A stretch of DNA of 63,086 nucleotides, filler included, from Globobulimina sp. (lineage: Eukaryota): NCBI GenBank assembly GCA_003354225.1. It is 45 parts of 45 records of this genome, joined end to end, with 100 filler letters (N's around TTAATTAATTAA, not from the genome) between each part and the next. Parts side by side here need not be neighbours in the genome. Positions count along the whole stretch, not along the records: positions 1 to 1,305 come from PIVH01019020.1; positions 1,406 to 2,710 come from PIVH01019021.1; positions 2,811 to 4,115 come from PIVH01019022.1; positions 4,216 to 5,520 come from PIVH01019023.1; positions 5,621 to 6,925 come from PIVH01019024.1; positions 7,026 to 8,330 come from PIVH01019025.1; positions 8,431 to 9,735 come from PIVH01019026.1; positions 9,836 to 11,140 come from PIVH01019027.1; 37 more parts are not named here. The stretch is one strand, 5' to 3'. Under the pieces are notes generated by a model. That model ran no database searches. It was not told the origin of the DNA and saw only the letters and a program-made list of their open reading frames with translations. The first letter of the stretch is position 1. Each line of letters begins with the position of its first letter. Position numbers and translations under genes: made by a program. Positions 1-11,240 of this stretch are shown here, in pieces.

Positions 1-680
1 TTACATGAACGAAAAATTTCTATGTCGGAAGTGAGAACAATATCAAGAAAATTATTGCCACGTGTTGGCTCGGAAACCATTTGTTTTAGTCCCAGTTGGG
101 CAAAACGTGAAAACCATGTTTCTTCAAATTGAGTATTAGAGTCAAAAGTACTGAGGGGCCAGTTGATACCAGGCAAATTAAAATCGCCTACCACTAATAG
201 TGTACCTTTAAAATTTGTACAAATACTAATTAGAGCTCTATATAATAATAAATCATTAGGTTGTGATAAATTGGGAGGTTTATAAACACAGACTAATCTG
301 AGTTTAGAAGAGGCTGGACCAAGATCAATTGCTATTAGTTCAACGAGATTGTATAATGGATCTAACCTGACAGGAACAGCCTTAAGATTGTGTTTTACAA
401 AAATACAAACACCGCCTCCTTCTCTATCCATTCGATCTTTTCTAAACACTTCATAATCAGAATTTAGACATAACATAGCATCAGTTACCTCCTCATTTGC
501 CCAGGTTTCGGTTACACAATAAATGTCATTGACACCTAATATATCATTATGGGTTAGTAAAACACCTAATTCACTCAAGCTATTTTTCAGGCTACGTGCA
601 TTGAATAGAACAAAATTAATATATGAAAAGGAAACATAACTAGTGTCACCTGATTGCCCGCCTACTAAAAACCAGCTTGG
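1..680 (-). mobile_element. LINE (CR1/L2/Jockey-like) ORF2, N-terminal APE endonuclease, 3'-partial; missed by ORF track
   Basis: Manual translation gives FNARSL, CVTETW, FRKDR..GGGVCIFV, VYKPP, VGDFNLPGINW, PTRGNNFLDIV. Frame is open to the window edge. Confidence 0.92.
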
Positions 681-1305
681 TTATTACCTAATTTTGAACG
701 CTTATCCATATCAAAGAAGTATGGATTTCCATTGAAATCATTTCTGACCTGTACATTAGTTCCTTTATCTTTCATTTCTTTCCTTTGACCTAACATTGTT
801 TTCTGTTTCTCTCTTTGTATTCGTGTCATGGATGGTCGTATGAATACTTTGCCATTTTTGTAAGTTTTTAGCGCTTTTCCATTTCTGAGAAGATTGTTTC
901 GGCGAGAGCTGTTGGAAAAACCAATCTTCATCAATCTAGGTCGTTCAGAGTCCCGTTGTCCAATACGAAATGTGTCGGTCAATTGTGGATTGGAATCTCC
1001 CAAAATGTTGCAAAGTTCGATGGCTAATTGATAATCACTTTCTTTGTCTTCAGTTTCCTCAAGACCGGCTACCACCATGAATTTTGCATTCTCTTCTTGT
1101 GCTTGTATAGTGGAGATAATGTCAGGTACGATGGCAGTTATAATCTCCGCCATATTCTGGTTTTTGATTGCGGCCAATTCTCGTCTAAGTCTGTTATTAT
1201 CTGCATAAAGATCATCCAGTTTTTGTTTGATTTCGACCAATGTCCTCGCGACAGATATACTGTGATCAAAATTGTTAATACATTCGTCACATATGAATTT
1301 GAAAT
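665..1305 (-). mobile_element. LINE ORF1, 5'-partial (PHD-finger end, coiled coil, RRM-like C-terminal region)
   Basis: FICDEC at the contig edge, coiled coil, then VVAGLEE, FRIG..RPRLMKIGF, VFIRPSMTRIQR. Lies directly upstream of the APE ORF2. Confidence 0.85.
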
Positions 1306-1405
1306 NNNNNNNNNNNNNNNNNNNNNNNNNNNNNNNNNNNNNNNNNNNNTTAATTAATTAANNNNNNNNNNNNNNNNNNNNNNNNNNNNNNNNNNNNNNN
1401 NNNNN
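1306..1405. other. Artificial contig spacer N44-TTAATTAATTAA-N44 (first of 44 such spacers)
   Basis: The same 100-bp linker recurs every 1405/1404/1403 bp. The 12-mer gives stops in all six frames. Contig lengths sum exactly to 63086. Confidence 0.99.
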
Positions 1406-1407
1406 AA

Positions 1408-1978
1408 AAAATGGGGACTTCGAGTCACGGAAAGAGATAAATTAAACGAAAAGGAGAAAATAGATTTATTATTAATGATATCATCCCCTTCTTTTTGGAG
1501 AATGAATTATTTATTACATCCGAAAAGACCTCGCGTTAAACATTGGATATCTGTACATCAACGATATTTGAATGAAATCGAACCATTGAAAAGTAAACAA
1601 ATTACTGACAGAGAGACAATGAAAACAGAATTTGTTAACTTTGTAAATCAATTAAAAGTTCATTCTGAATTTGAGGATTTAATGTTGTTCAAATTTCTGA
1701 AAGAATATAAGCAATTGGATATTGTGGACGTTTTTAGCATGGAACATGAGGCAATCAATGAACAGGCAATTAATATCATGCAACGTTTGGAAAATGATTT
1801 TGATTCGGATATAAATGATATAAAGGATTTGATTGGAAAATATGAAAAAGATCTTACGCAACATTTTATGAAAGAGGAAGAGGAAATTGTTCATATAATG
1901 TTGAATTTGGATGATAGGTCGTACAGAACATTTCGGTCTCTCCTCTCTTGGAGATATTACTTTGACATTATGTATTAA
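1408..1978 (+). CDS. Hemerythrin/HHE-like domain protein, 5'-partial
   Basis: Helical protein with H, HxxxED, EH and HFxxEE spacing (VHQRY, VHSEFED, MEHEAI, QHFMKEEE). Confidence 0.65.
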
Positions 1979-2154
1979 AGCAAATAAACTTATTTCACTA
2001 TTCTCTTCTATATTTTTTATTGAGTGCAAGGATATCGTAGCAAACGTTACTATCGAATTATAATTTTCAGCGTCAGAAAATAACCATAATTTCCCCTTTG
2101 ATTTCGATCGTTTAGATTTGGCTCAAAAATTTTCACAGAAAACTTGCCAAATAT

Positions 2155-2710
2155 ATGTCGACAATGTATGCGACTTTGCTGAAAACAACAATAACATTAT
2201 TATTAATTATTATTGATACCAATACAACAAATGATATTTGTCTATGGAATGCTACATTTAATGGCGTAGGATCGGCAACATTTTTATACAATGGTCTATA
2301 TCGTTACGTTTCTGAGTTAAATGGGAAGCCATACTATAAAATAGATCGCTCAAATTTAGATTGTACGGATGGTTATCTTTATATATTTTACGATCTCATT
2401 ACAAATAAATGGACATTGGATCCCAACCCTCGAGCTCCTTATCCTCGCGGTACCTGTCCACAAACGTATATTGCATCGCCAACAGACTGTAGTCCCAATA
2501 CGTGGGTAATTGGTACTTCCTTTTTTTCAACAGATCCTGGTATTGCAATATTTGCAAATGTAAATGGCACGCATTCCAATCCATGTCCATCATTAGAATG
2601 CGACTCCATCACTGTGACGGACACACATGACACAATCACGGCATGTGCTGGCATTTTCAGTCAAATCGGTTATAATAAATTTCAAAAAAGTGGTACAGGC
2701 ATCACATGGT
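2155..2710 (+). CDS. Secreted/surface Cys-containing protein of unknown function, 3'-partial
   Basis: Hydrophobic N-terminus, Cys/Thr/Gly-rich, open to contig end. Confidence 0.6.
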
Positions 2711-2810
2711 NNNNNNNNNNNNNNNNNNNNNNNNNNNNNNNNNNNNNNNNNNNNTTAATTAATTAANNNNNNNNNNNNNNNNNNNNNNNNNNNNNNNNNN
2801 NNNNNNNNNN

Positions 2811-4115
2811 TGTCCGTGATGCAATTTCACTCAACAAATTTATCAATAATTCACAATGTTTATTTTTATTCCACCAATCTGAAATCGTATACATTTTGTC
2901 CAAGATAATACCCATTGATTTCAAGCTTGATAATATCACCGAAACATTCTCATTTATCAAATGTTTTGCGATGGGATATGCGGTCTTATTTGACATATTA
3001 TCAATCGGTTTATGGATGGCCCGGAAATCTATCAAATCTTCTTTCATTAAACACAATAATTTGGATATTATCACACCATCAAATAACGTTGCTAAGCATC
3101 GAAATTGCGCCGAAGGATAACCATTAAAATCTATTGGCATATACAATGATAATAACTGTGATGAATTCGAAGCAGTATCAGAGGCTGCCTCAAATTTTAA
3201 TATCCTCGACACAAATACTGCTAATTTGCACAATATACTATTCTCTTCGGTGGTGACTGCAATTCCTTCGATGAGTTTATTACGTTTCTCATCCAACATC
3301 AACCACCATTCTCCATCCAATTCGTCCAAAATATCATCTTTTTTGTCGTCAACTCTCTCTCTCATATTGCCAGTCGTGGTGGGTCCAGTCGCCAGAACAA
3401 ATTTGAGATTTTCATTATAATCCAGTCCTTTCATTGGTGTATATATGCCTGATTTCGTCGGTTGCAATGTATGCGGCATCATTAATGACAGTGAGGAGGA
3501 CTCGTATTGATGATCGTGACTTTTATGTTCATGTTCTTTGTCTTTATCTCTCCGCCTTTTCATAATCTTATTGTTTACGACAATTTCCTCGATTGCGGTC
3601 CACCATGAATTATTATTTTCGATGGACACACAATAATCGACACAGTTTGAATGCGATTTGATGATATCCGTGTTTGCTTCATTTAATTTATTATGTCGGT
3701 CTTCAATTTTATTTAATAATTCACCGCCGGTCTCCTTATCCTTTGATAACAAAACTAATTTTAATTCAATAACATCTTGTGTTCGTTCAGTAATTTCTTG
3801 CATTGAACGTTTGACGCAATTCTCAATGATTTTTGATGATATCGCGCCGTTACTTACTTTGCTGGATTTCCATTTACTATCAGTACAGCCATCAGCTTCA
3901 CCTTTTAATTTATCCATAAATTGCCTCCATTCCGCATTTTCTTTATGAAATCCGCAAACATTCTCTAATATTGATATGAAATCATAATAATTATTTTGCG
4001 TTTCTGTATCATCATCAATATCAACAAAACAATCTGTATTTGCCTCGTACGAATCAATATTTTTATCCGGACCTAAAATAGTTTCATAGCGTGATATATC
4101 CACAATGTTGGCTAC
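2811..4115 (-). CDS. Hypothetical protein, internal fragment
   Basis: More than 430 codons open across the contig; no motif recognised. Confidence 0.65.
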
Positions 4116-4216
4116 NNNNNNNNNNNNNNNNNNNNNNNNNNNNNNNNNNNNNNNNNNNNTTAATTAATTAANNNNNNNNNNNNNNNNNNNNNNNNNNNNN
4201 NNNNNNNNNNNNNNNT

Positions 4217-4762
4217 CGAGGTGGACATAGAGGTGACTATCGAGGTGGACATCGTGGTGGCTATACACGAGGTGGTTACAGAGGCAATCATCGTGGAGGT
4301 AACCGTGGAGGTTATAACAATTCGCATCATCATCAAACTCCAAATCCGAACGCGAATGGAGGTGGATATCAACCATCACAATATGAGCATATGTATCAAC
4401 CATCGCCGCATCAACAACAAAGAAACAATTATCAGCCACCGGCAAAAAGAGGAAGAGCGAATAGTGGCAATTATCAGAATAATAATTATAATCAATCTGG
4501 ATTTAAGCCACAAATTGAGAAAAAAGAGGTGAATACACAAAAGATGCAATGTTATCACGTAAGGAATGGTAATCTTTATGGAGGTCCAGAATTAGTACAA
4601 TATATTTGCAATTATCATGAAAAAGGAAGGTGTTATTATGCACAATGTCATGAAAGATGTGACTGGCATCATATGTGCAGATTTTGTTTTATCGTTGCTC
4701 GACACATTTCAGATAGATGTGATAACCGTGAAAGTGGCAATGTATATGGTAATGGAAGATAA
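4217..4762 (+). CDS. RGG-rich protein C-terminus with tandem CCCH+CCHC zinc finger (retroelement Gag/ORF1-like), 5'-partial
   Basis: RGGHRGDYRGGHRGGYTRGG... in frame with CNYHEKGRCYYAQCHERCDWHHMCRFCFIVARHISDRC. Confidence 0.6.
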   Translation, partial: RGGHRGDYRGGHRGGYTRGGYRGNHRGGNRGGYNNSHHHQTPNPNANGGGYQPSQYEHMYQPSPHQQQRNNYQPPAKRGRANSGNYQNNNYNQSGFKPQIEKKEVNTQKMQCYHVRNGNLYGGPELVQYICNYHEKGRCYYAQCHERCDWHHMCRFCFIVARHISDRCDNRESGNVYGNGR

Positions 4763-5622
4763 TTTTATTTGTATATCACGTATTTTATTGACACATATTA
4801 TATATTTAACACTATTATTTTCTTTTTAGTATTAAAAGTGTATATATTTACTACATATTTTATATTTATATATTTATTTTATTTGTGGACTATATTTGAT
4901 TTGTGGACAACTATTTGATTTGTTATCAATTTATTAAATTTAAACTTTACATTTATCAAATAATGATCTCTGGGGAGGGGTAGTCAATCACATATAACAA
5001 TGTATATTTGTTACAAGGTACTGTAATAGTTTTAGTCTTAGTCACTTTATTTTATTATTTTTAAAAAAACTCAAACTTTCATCAGTCTTTCGGTACTTTG
5101 TAGTTTTAGACACACCAAATAATAAGTTATAATCAGTAATATTAACAAATATTGAATATCATTGTTTACGCCCGCCACGTAATTAGTTACAATGTTTATA
5201 CACAAATTATTATTCAACATCATGTCCGGATGTTTGAATCAATTTCTTTGTTGTTATCAATATATTATAATTTTCAATTATCACTGTATACGTTTTTAAT
5301 TACATTATATTTACATAGAATTCTACAGCAATCCCACTGTTTGGAACAATATTTTATGGGAAATTGTACAGTGTAGATTCAAAAAAGCAATTAACAATTT
5401 CAAACATATCAAAACTAATATTCACATTGATCCTCATCGATCATTTTTAATCAACGCAATTCGACAAATAGACACAGCAAATAATCGTAAATTGAACATT
5501 AAAATAAATCAAACTATAATNNNNNNNNNNNNNNNNNNNNNNNNNNNNNNNNNNNNNNNNNNNNTTAATTAATTAANNNNNNNNNNNNNNNNNNNNNNNN
5601 NNNNNNNNNNNNNNNNNNNNTT

Positions 5623-6866
5623 GGAACAGAATATGGTAAATATAATTTTACATCAGATAATTGTACTTCATATTCAGTGCCGGTTTTAATGCCTGGTTTA
5701 TGGGAGGCTCACGCTCATTTCTTTGGTACCACAGATATTGCGATGAAAGGGCATACTGAATTTATGCAGTGTATGGCCATCGAGCCCTCCGAATTAGCAG
5801 TTACTCGCTGTGCACAACAGGCAAAAATGGCATTAAATGCAGGTTATGTTAATGTTCGTGAAGTTGGCGGCTATGGCGTATATTTAAAAAAATTAATCAA
5901 TGAAGGAACTATTCCGGGGCCAAATATCTATCCGTCTGGAAAAGCATTATCGCAAACAGCGGGGCATGGGGACCATCATAATATGCCATTGAAATATAAT
6001 TGTCAATGTGTTAAATGGTCAAAATTATGTGATGGAGTTGATGAGTGTATTAAAAGTGTCCGCGAAAACATTCGGTACGTTTTTCTCTCGGTATCATTTT
6101 TATAGCTATAGAGCCAAATATAAATTAATTAATATATTTGTATATCAGATTGGGAGCGGATTGCATAAAAATAATGGCGTCAGGGGGTGCGGCTACGATT
6201 ATTGATCCAATGCATGTGACTCAATTTAATACGGATGAATGGAAAGCCATTATAAATGAAGCAAATAGAAATGAAATGGTGGTTGCTGCGCATGCCCACG
6301 GCAGAGATGCTATTGCGAGATGTATTGATTTGGGAGTTACAACCATCGAACATGGTACTTCGTTGGATGATGACTTGGCGCAAAAGATGGTGCGAAAGAA
6401 ATGTTATTTGGTTCCAACTGCCTGGTCTGGTGATTTCATGTTAGGTCAAATGGACACAGTGTCTTCAAGTCCCGACAAATTGATCAAAGCTGTTGAAAAC
6501 AGCAAAAAAGCATTAAAATGTGCAATAAGAAATGGTGTGACAATCATTGCTGGAACAGATGTTGGAATGGTTGGCGATAATTGGGGCGCAAATGCAGGAG
6601 AGTTGCAATTATATGTTGATGCGGGTATGACTCCATTACAAGCAATCGAGTGTATCACTGCCAATGGACCGTTAGCTGTGGGCAAATATAAATGTCCGCT
6701 AAAGGGACAAGTAAAAGTTGGGCATGTTGCAGATTTATTGGCTGTATCAAGCAACCCGTTAAATAATTTACGTATATTGCAAAATGATAAAAATATTGGA
6801 ATCATATGGAAAGGGGGTAAAATAGTAAAAAATTATTGGTCTAAAGTTGCTAAATCGAAATTGTAA
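5623..6866 (+). CDS. Metal-dependent amidohydrolase (Xaa-Pro dipeptidase/ochratoxinase-like), 5'-partial, intron 6075-6148, C-terminal PTS1
   Basis: PGLWEAHAH, IKIMASGG, AAHAHG, TIEHGT, AGTD. Removing the GT-AG intron gives ENIRLGAD. Ends AKSKL-stop. Confidence 0.9.
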
Positions 6867-7025
6867 TCTCTTTAACTCGTATATAAAATTATTATAAATA
6901 GTATTAATTTTTTTTTTTTTTAATTNNNNNNNNNNNNNNNNNNNNNNNNNNNNNNNNNNNNNNNNNNNNTTAATTAATTAANNNNNNNNNNNNNNNNNNN
7001 NNNNNNNNNNNNNNNNNNNNNNNNN

Positions 7026-7429
7026 ATCCTTACAACCACCAACATATTTTTGATGAATAAATATTTGCGGAACAGTCGGAGATCCAGTACATATATATAA
7101 ATAATCCTGTATTGCAGACCCATTTTGTATTTTGTTCAATTCCATCACATTATAATCATCAGAGTATTTGCTCAAAATTGACTTTGCCATCACACAAAAT
7201 CCACACGAAGTTTTGCTAAACATTACGATATCCCCAGATTTTATAAATTCATCCACTTCCTGTTTCTCCTGGAAACAACACCACAAAAAAGAATCTATAT
7301 TTTGAATATCGTCGGAGATGATCAATTAACTGCAGTCTGTATGGATGCATATCGTGAAGACGCCACCAACAATGTATTAGCATTATTTTGATTACATTTT
7401 ATTGCACGCACCAAATAACGACTCATCAT
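7026..7429 (-). CDS. Dithiol glutaredoxin with probable mitochondrial presequence, intron 7269-7330, 3'-partial
   Basis: FSKTSCGFC, TVPQIFI, VGGC. Exon 1 MMSRYLVRAIKCNQNNANTLLVASSRYASIQTA has no acidic residues. Confidence 0.88.
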
Positions 7430-7480
7430 TTCCACTCAAAAAAACTTCCTTTGCGAAAAACAATCGTACACTAGCAAAGC

Positions 7481-8330
7481 ATGGACGATTTAGACACTCT
7501 TCACACCGAATTGCAAGCTAAATTGGAAGCAGTGGACAAAATACGGGATTTGTTGCCCTTCCTCGAGAAAACCATCACTTTGCCAAGTTTAAAAATCCAA
7601 ATCTCGTCCGCCTTACAACAACAATTAAAGAAAGAAGAGGCCAATCAACCTAAGAAAGGTGACAGCAAAAGCAAGCCCGCGAGCGATACCCCAACAAAGA
7701 CAGAAACGCCGCCCTCGCCGTTACCATCCCTCATTCGCGAGATTTATAACATTCTAACCGCGCCAAAAAAAGAAAAAGAAGAGGATGAAAAGGAAAACAA
7801 ATTAATGAAACCTCGTGCGGTTGATGATGATGCAAAATCTGATCATGACAAATCGCCGGTGCCCGACGAGGAGCCCTCGGATAATTATAACCGACCGCGT
7901 CCGTCCAATTATAGTAATTACAGCCGCGGCGGAGGCGGGCCACCGGCATGGAGTACGAGCGTCTGTTATAACTGTGGCGATAAAGGGCATTTTGCGCGCG
8001 AATGCCCCAATAAACGCGGCGACCGCAGATTTAACAGTGGTGGGCGCGGCGATCGTGATCGCGATGGCGGCGGAGGTCGAGGAGGTCGCGGTCGTTATGG
8101 TGGAGGCGGCGGCAATGCCAACGTACGGTGCTATCATTGCGGCAAAGACGGGCATTTCGCGCGAGACTGTCCCGAAGAATCCAACGATGAGTTGAATGAG
8201 AAATGCTTCCGTTGCGGCAAAATGGGGCATTGGGCGAGGGATTGCTCGATGAAACAGTCGAGCAATCGGTTTGAGAATGACAAATGTCATCGATGCGGAA
8301 AATCCGGACATTGGGCGAGAGACTGTGATC
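7481..8330 (+). CDS. CNBP/Gis2-like multi-CCHC zinc-knuckle RNA-binding protein, 3'-partial
   Basis: Four CX2CX4HX4C knuckles with an RGG-rich linker after the first. Confidence 0.85.
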
Positions 8331-8510
8331 NNNNNNNNNNNNNNNNNNNNNNNNNNNNNNNNNNNNNNNNNNNNTTAATTAATTAANNNNNNNNNNNNNN
8401 NNNNNNNNNNNNNNNNNNNNNNNNNNNNNNTTTGTGTGTATTTTTCTTTTCAACAGCACTCTTACTATCAAATGGATATATGCATGCAATATCTGCTTGA
8501 AAATGGCATG

Positions 8511-9727
8511 CTAGGTGACATGGTAATGTTTTCTTAAAAGTTTTCGCTTAATTTTAGTGTAACCATGTCTCCAACATGTCATTTTCAAGGTATTGTCATA
8601 AGTAACTACCTTAAATGTAATAATCAATAACCTACAGCACCTTACAAATGTCAATCCAAATGAAAATATCATAATTGAGAATAATGTCGATGCATTTTTA
8701 CTAAAAACCTGTAACGTATTTAATTTATCATCTAATTCATATACCGGTGTGTTATTATCACGATCAATATCTTTACATCTTTTCTCTTTATTTTTTATCC
8801 ATGAAAATAGTGAAAATCTCTGCTTAAAAGATAACTGTTTATATGACGATTTCCATGCACTTATGGATGCTTTTGTGAGTATTCGCGAATCGTTTTTACC
8901 AAACAATCGTCGTTATATTTTGGTGGGATACTAAAAATACATAAAAATAACAACCCACTCAACGACAAACCAAATGTAATACCAATTGCCATTGATATTG
9001 AATTATTTGCGATTATATCCCCACAGTATACAAAGGCCAATATCATAGCAACATAATTAAATGCATGGCATAAACGCGTGAAATTATTGTGTAACTTAAT
9101 TAAAATATTATCGCTGACAAACTGATGACTACCAACTCGAAATAACGAAAATGAGATTCCCTGACAAAACATCATCATTAACCACACAAAATAGTCTGTA
9201 AATACGCACATAAATAAGATTGATAAGCTGCCAATAAATATTGCTAATAATATGGTAAACGTTGAACCGTAATATCTGTTGCAAATATTGCCAAATATGT
9301 GAAATACTACGTATGCAAAACCATAATTTAAAAATATTAATCCTGTCAACAGTTCGCCTATGTATTTAAATATGTATTTTTGTGCAAGGATATATGTACA
9401 ACTTTGCTTACCTCCATCTAGCGTCATAGCAACGTGCAGTGGAACTATAATGTAAAGAGCATAAGAGACCATAATCTGTGTAAACGACACAAATATCATT
9501 GTTAATAAGTGGCAGCATATGGATGACAATGATCTGCAGAAATTATAAGTTGTTTCAAATTTATTTTCATGCATTTGTTGATGTGAATGGATTGAATCAT
9601 AATCTGCATCAATACCATCGTCCTCATTGGATATTTGCGATAATTCAATATCTCCATCGTTGAAGGAGTCATTGCCATTAATATTATCAGTTTGTGTTAA
9701 TTCAATGTTTTCATTGCGTGGATCCAT
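8511..9727 (-). CDS. MFS-like multi-pass membrane transporter; frame change near 8820-8910 (intron or frameshift); C-terminal half incomplete
   Basis: Six hydrophobic helices including HIFGNICNRYYG; a further TM segment continues in a second frame. Confidence 0.55.
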
Positions 9728-9835
9728 ATCATCTTNNNNNNNNNNNNNNNNNNNNNNNNNNNNNNNNNNNNNNNNNNNNTTAATTAATTAANNNNNNNNN
9801 NNNNNNNNNNNNNNNNNNNNNNNNNNNNNNNNNNN

Positions 9836-9929
9836 TCAAAGAGTTTACAGTAAAAACAGTAATTTCAAACTGAAAAGCAAAAAATTAAATGTTACCTTTA
9901 ACATTTTATTATTAACCTATTTTCCTTCC
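9836..9929. mobile_element. MITE family A, one end (partial copy at contig edge)
   Basis: Reverse complement of about 18962-19049, ending in TTAACATTTTATTATTAACCTATTTTCCTTCC. Confidence 0.85.
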
Positions 9930-9978
9930 GGTGCCTGCCTGGGGTTGTCTATCTGAATATATCGTTAAATCATTCAAA

Positions 9979-11052
9979 ATGGCGATGGCAACTGAACAGT
10001 CAAATGAGACCAAAGATAATGAAAATGAAAGTAGTGAGTTCACACATGTAGGTTCTGTAAATCTTGCATTAGATTTTGATATAAATGATAATGGGCAGGA
10101 GGAAATAAATAAATTTGGCTATTATTTTGACAAAACAGGTTGTTGTTTATCCTTACAAAATAACCAAAGACCCAACAAATTTGAAACAAGCGATAAATTT
10201 GAGGAATTTGGTGCATTGATCGAAAAATATATATTTTATTTATTACGACATCAATATAAACTCATTGGAATACAGCTTAAATCATTAGATAAAAGTGTTT
10301 CTGCCAAAAAAAAGAAAAAGAAAAAAAAGAAAGCTAAAAAAACAACAATTATGTCCAAATTATATTCACCAAGAATTAGTGAATCAAAAATCGAGCCATT
10401 AACCATATTTTTCTCATCAAATTATCAAAAACAATCAACATTATTGTTATTAATACCTGGCTCGGGATCAGTTCGTGCTGCACAATGGTCGCGGTCCGCA
10501 TGTATTAATGACAATTTATGCGTTGGTACAATGTTTCCATTTATCTCTGCTGCGATTAAACGAAAATGGTCAGTAATGTTATTAGATCCAAATGGTAGAA
10601 TGGAAAATAATAAACGAGAATATTCAGATAATCATTTATTATTTGTGTATGATAAATATATTAAGCCACATTTATGCCAACAACAACAGGAAAATAAATC
10701 AGATGAAAAAAATGAGGAAAATAATATCGAGAATATTTTGATTGTGTGCCATAGCGCAGCGGGTATTGCAACCACTCGATTATTGAATGAGAGACTATGT
10801 ATATTACCGTATATTTATGGTGTTGCTGGAACTGATGTTGATTTTGGAAGAGCCAAAAATGAGCAAACTAAGAAAGTATTTGAACACTATGTTGTAAATT
10901 ATAGAGCATCCTATCAACCACTCGATACAATGCTAAGTGAGAAAGATGAACATCCGTTGCGTGTTAGTGCTGGACATATAAAACATGAATATACGAATGC
11001 AAGTTCATTCCATTCAATATTTAAACGTTTCGATCAAAACTTGAAAACTTAA
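9979..11052 (+). CDS. FAM172A: FAM172/ARB2-domain protein
   Basis: LLLIPGSGSVRAAQWSRSACINDNL..GTMFPFI, VMLLDPN, IVCHSAAG, SAGHIKHEYT. First ATG at 9979. Confidence 0.85.
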   Translation: MAMATEQSNETKDNENESSEFTHVGSVNLALDFDINDNGQEEINKFGYYFDKTGCCLSLQNNQRPNKFETSDKFEEFGALIEKYIFYLLRHQYKLIGIQLKSLDKSVSAKKKKKKKKKAKKTTIMSKLYSPRISESKIEPLTIFFSSNYQKQSTLLLLIPGSGSVRAAQWSRSACINDNLCVGTMFPFISAAIKRKWSVMLLDPNGRMENNKREYSDNHLLFVYDKYIKPHLCQQQQENKSDEKNEENNIENILIVCHSAAGIATTRLLNERLCILPYIYGVAGTDVDFGRAKNEQTKKVFEHYVVNYRASYQPLDTMLSEKDEHPLRVSAGHIKHEYTNASSFHSIFKRFDQNLKT

Positions 11053-11240
11053 TTGCAATTTAAATAATTTTTAGCAAAATTCGTATATTTCATATACAAA
11101 TTGATTTCTTAAAGTTTTGAAGAAGTATAGTGTTAATTAANNNNNNNNNNNNNNNNNNNNNNNNNNNNNNNNNNNNNNNNNNNNTTAATTAATTAANNNN
11201 NNNNNNNNNNNNNNNNNNNNNNNNNNNNNNNNNNNNNNNN

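Noticed and set aside
1350-1361. Regularly spaced TTAATTAATTAA as a CRISPR-like or biological repeat
   Set aside because: Always centred in N runs; it is a synthetic six-frame stop linker.
5075-5095. Hammerhead ribozyme core (minus strand GAAAGACTGATGA)
   Set aside because: No room for the required stems between GAAA and CTGATGA.
8820-8910. Programmed frameshift in the MFS-like gene
   Set aside because: No slippery site seen; a GT..AG intron or a sequencing error explains the frame change.
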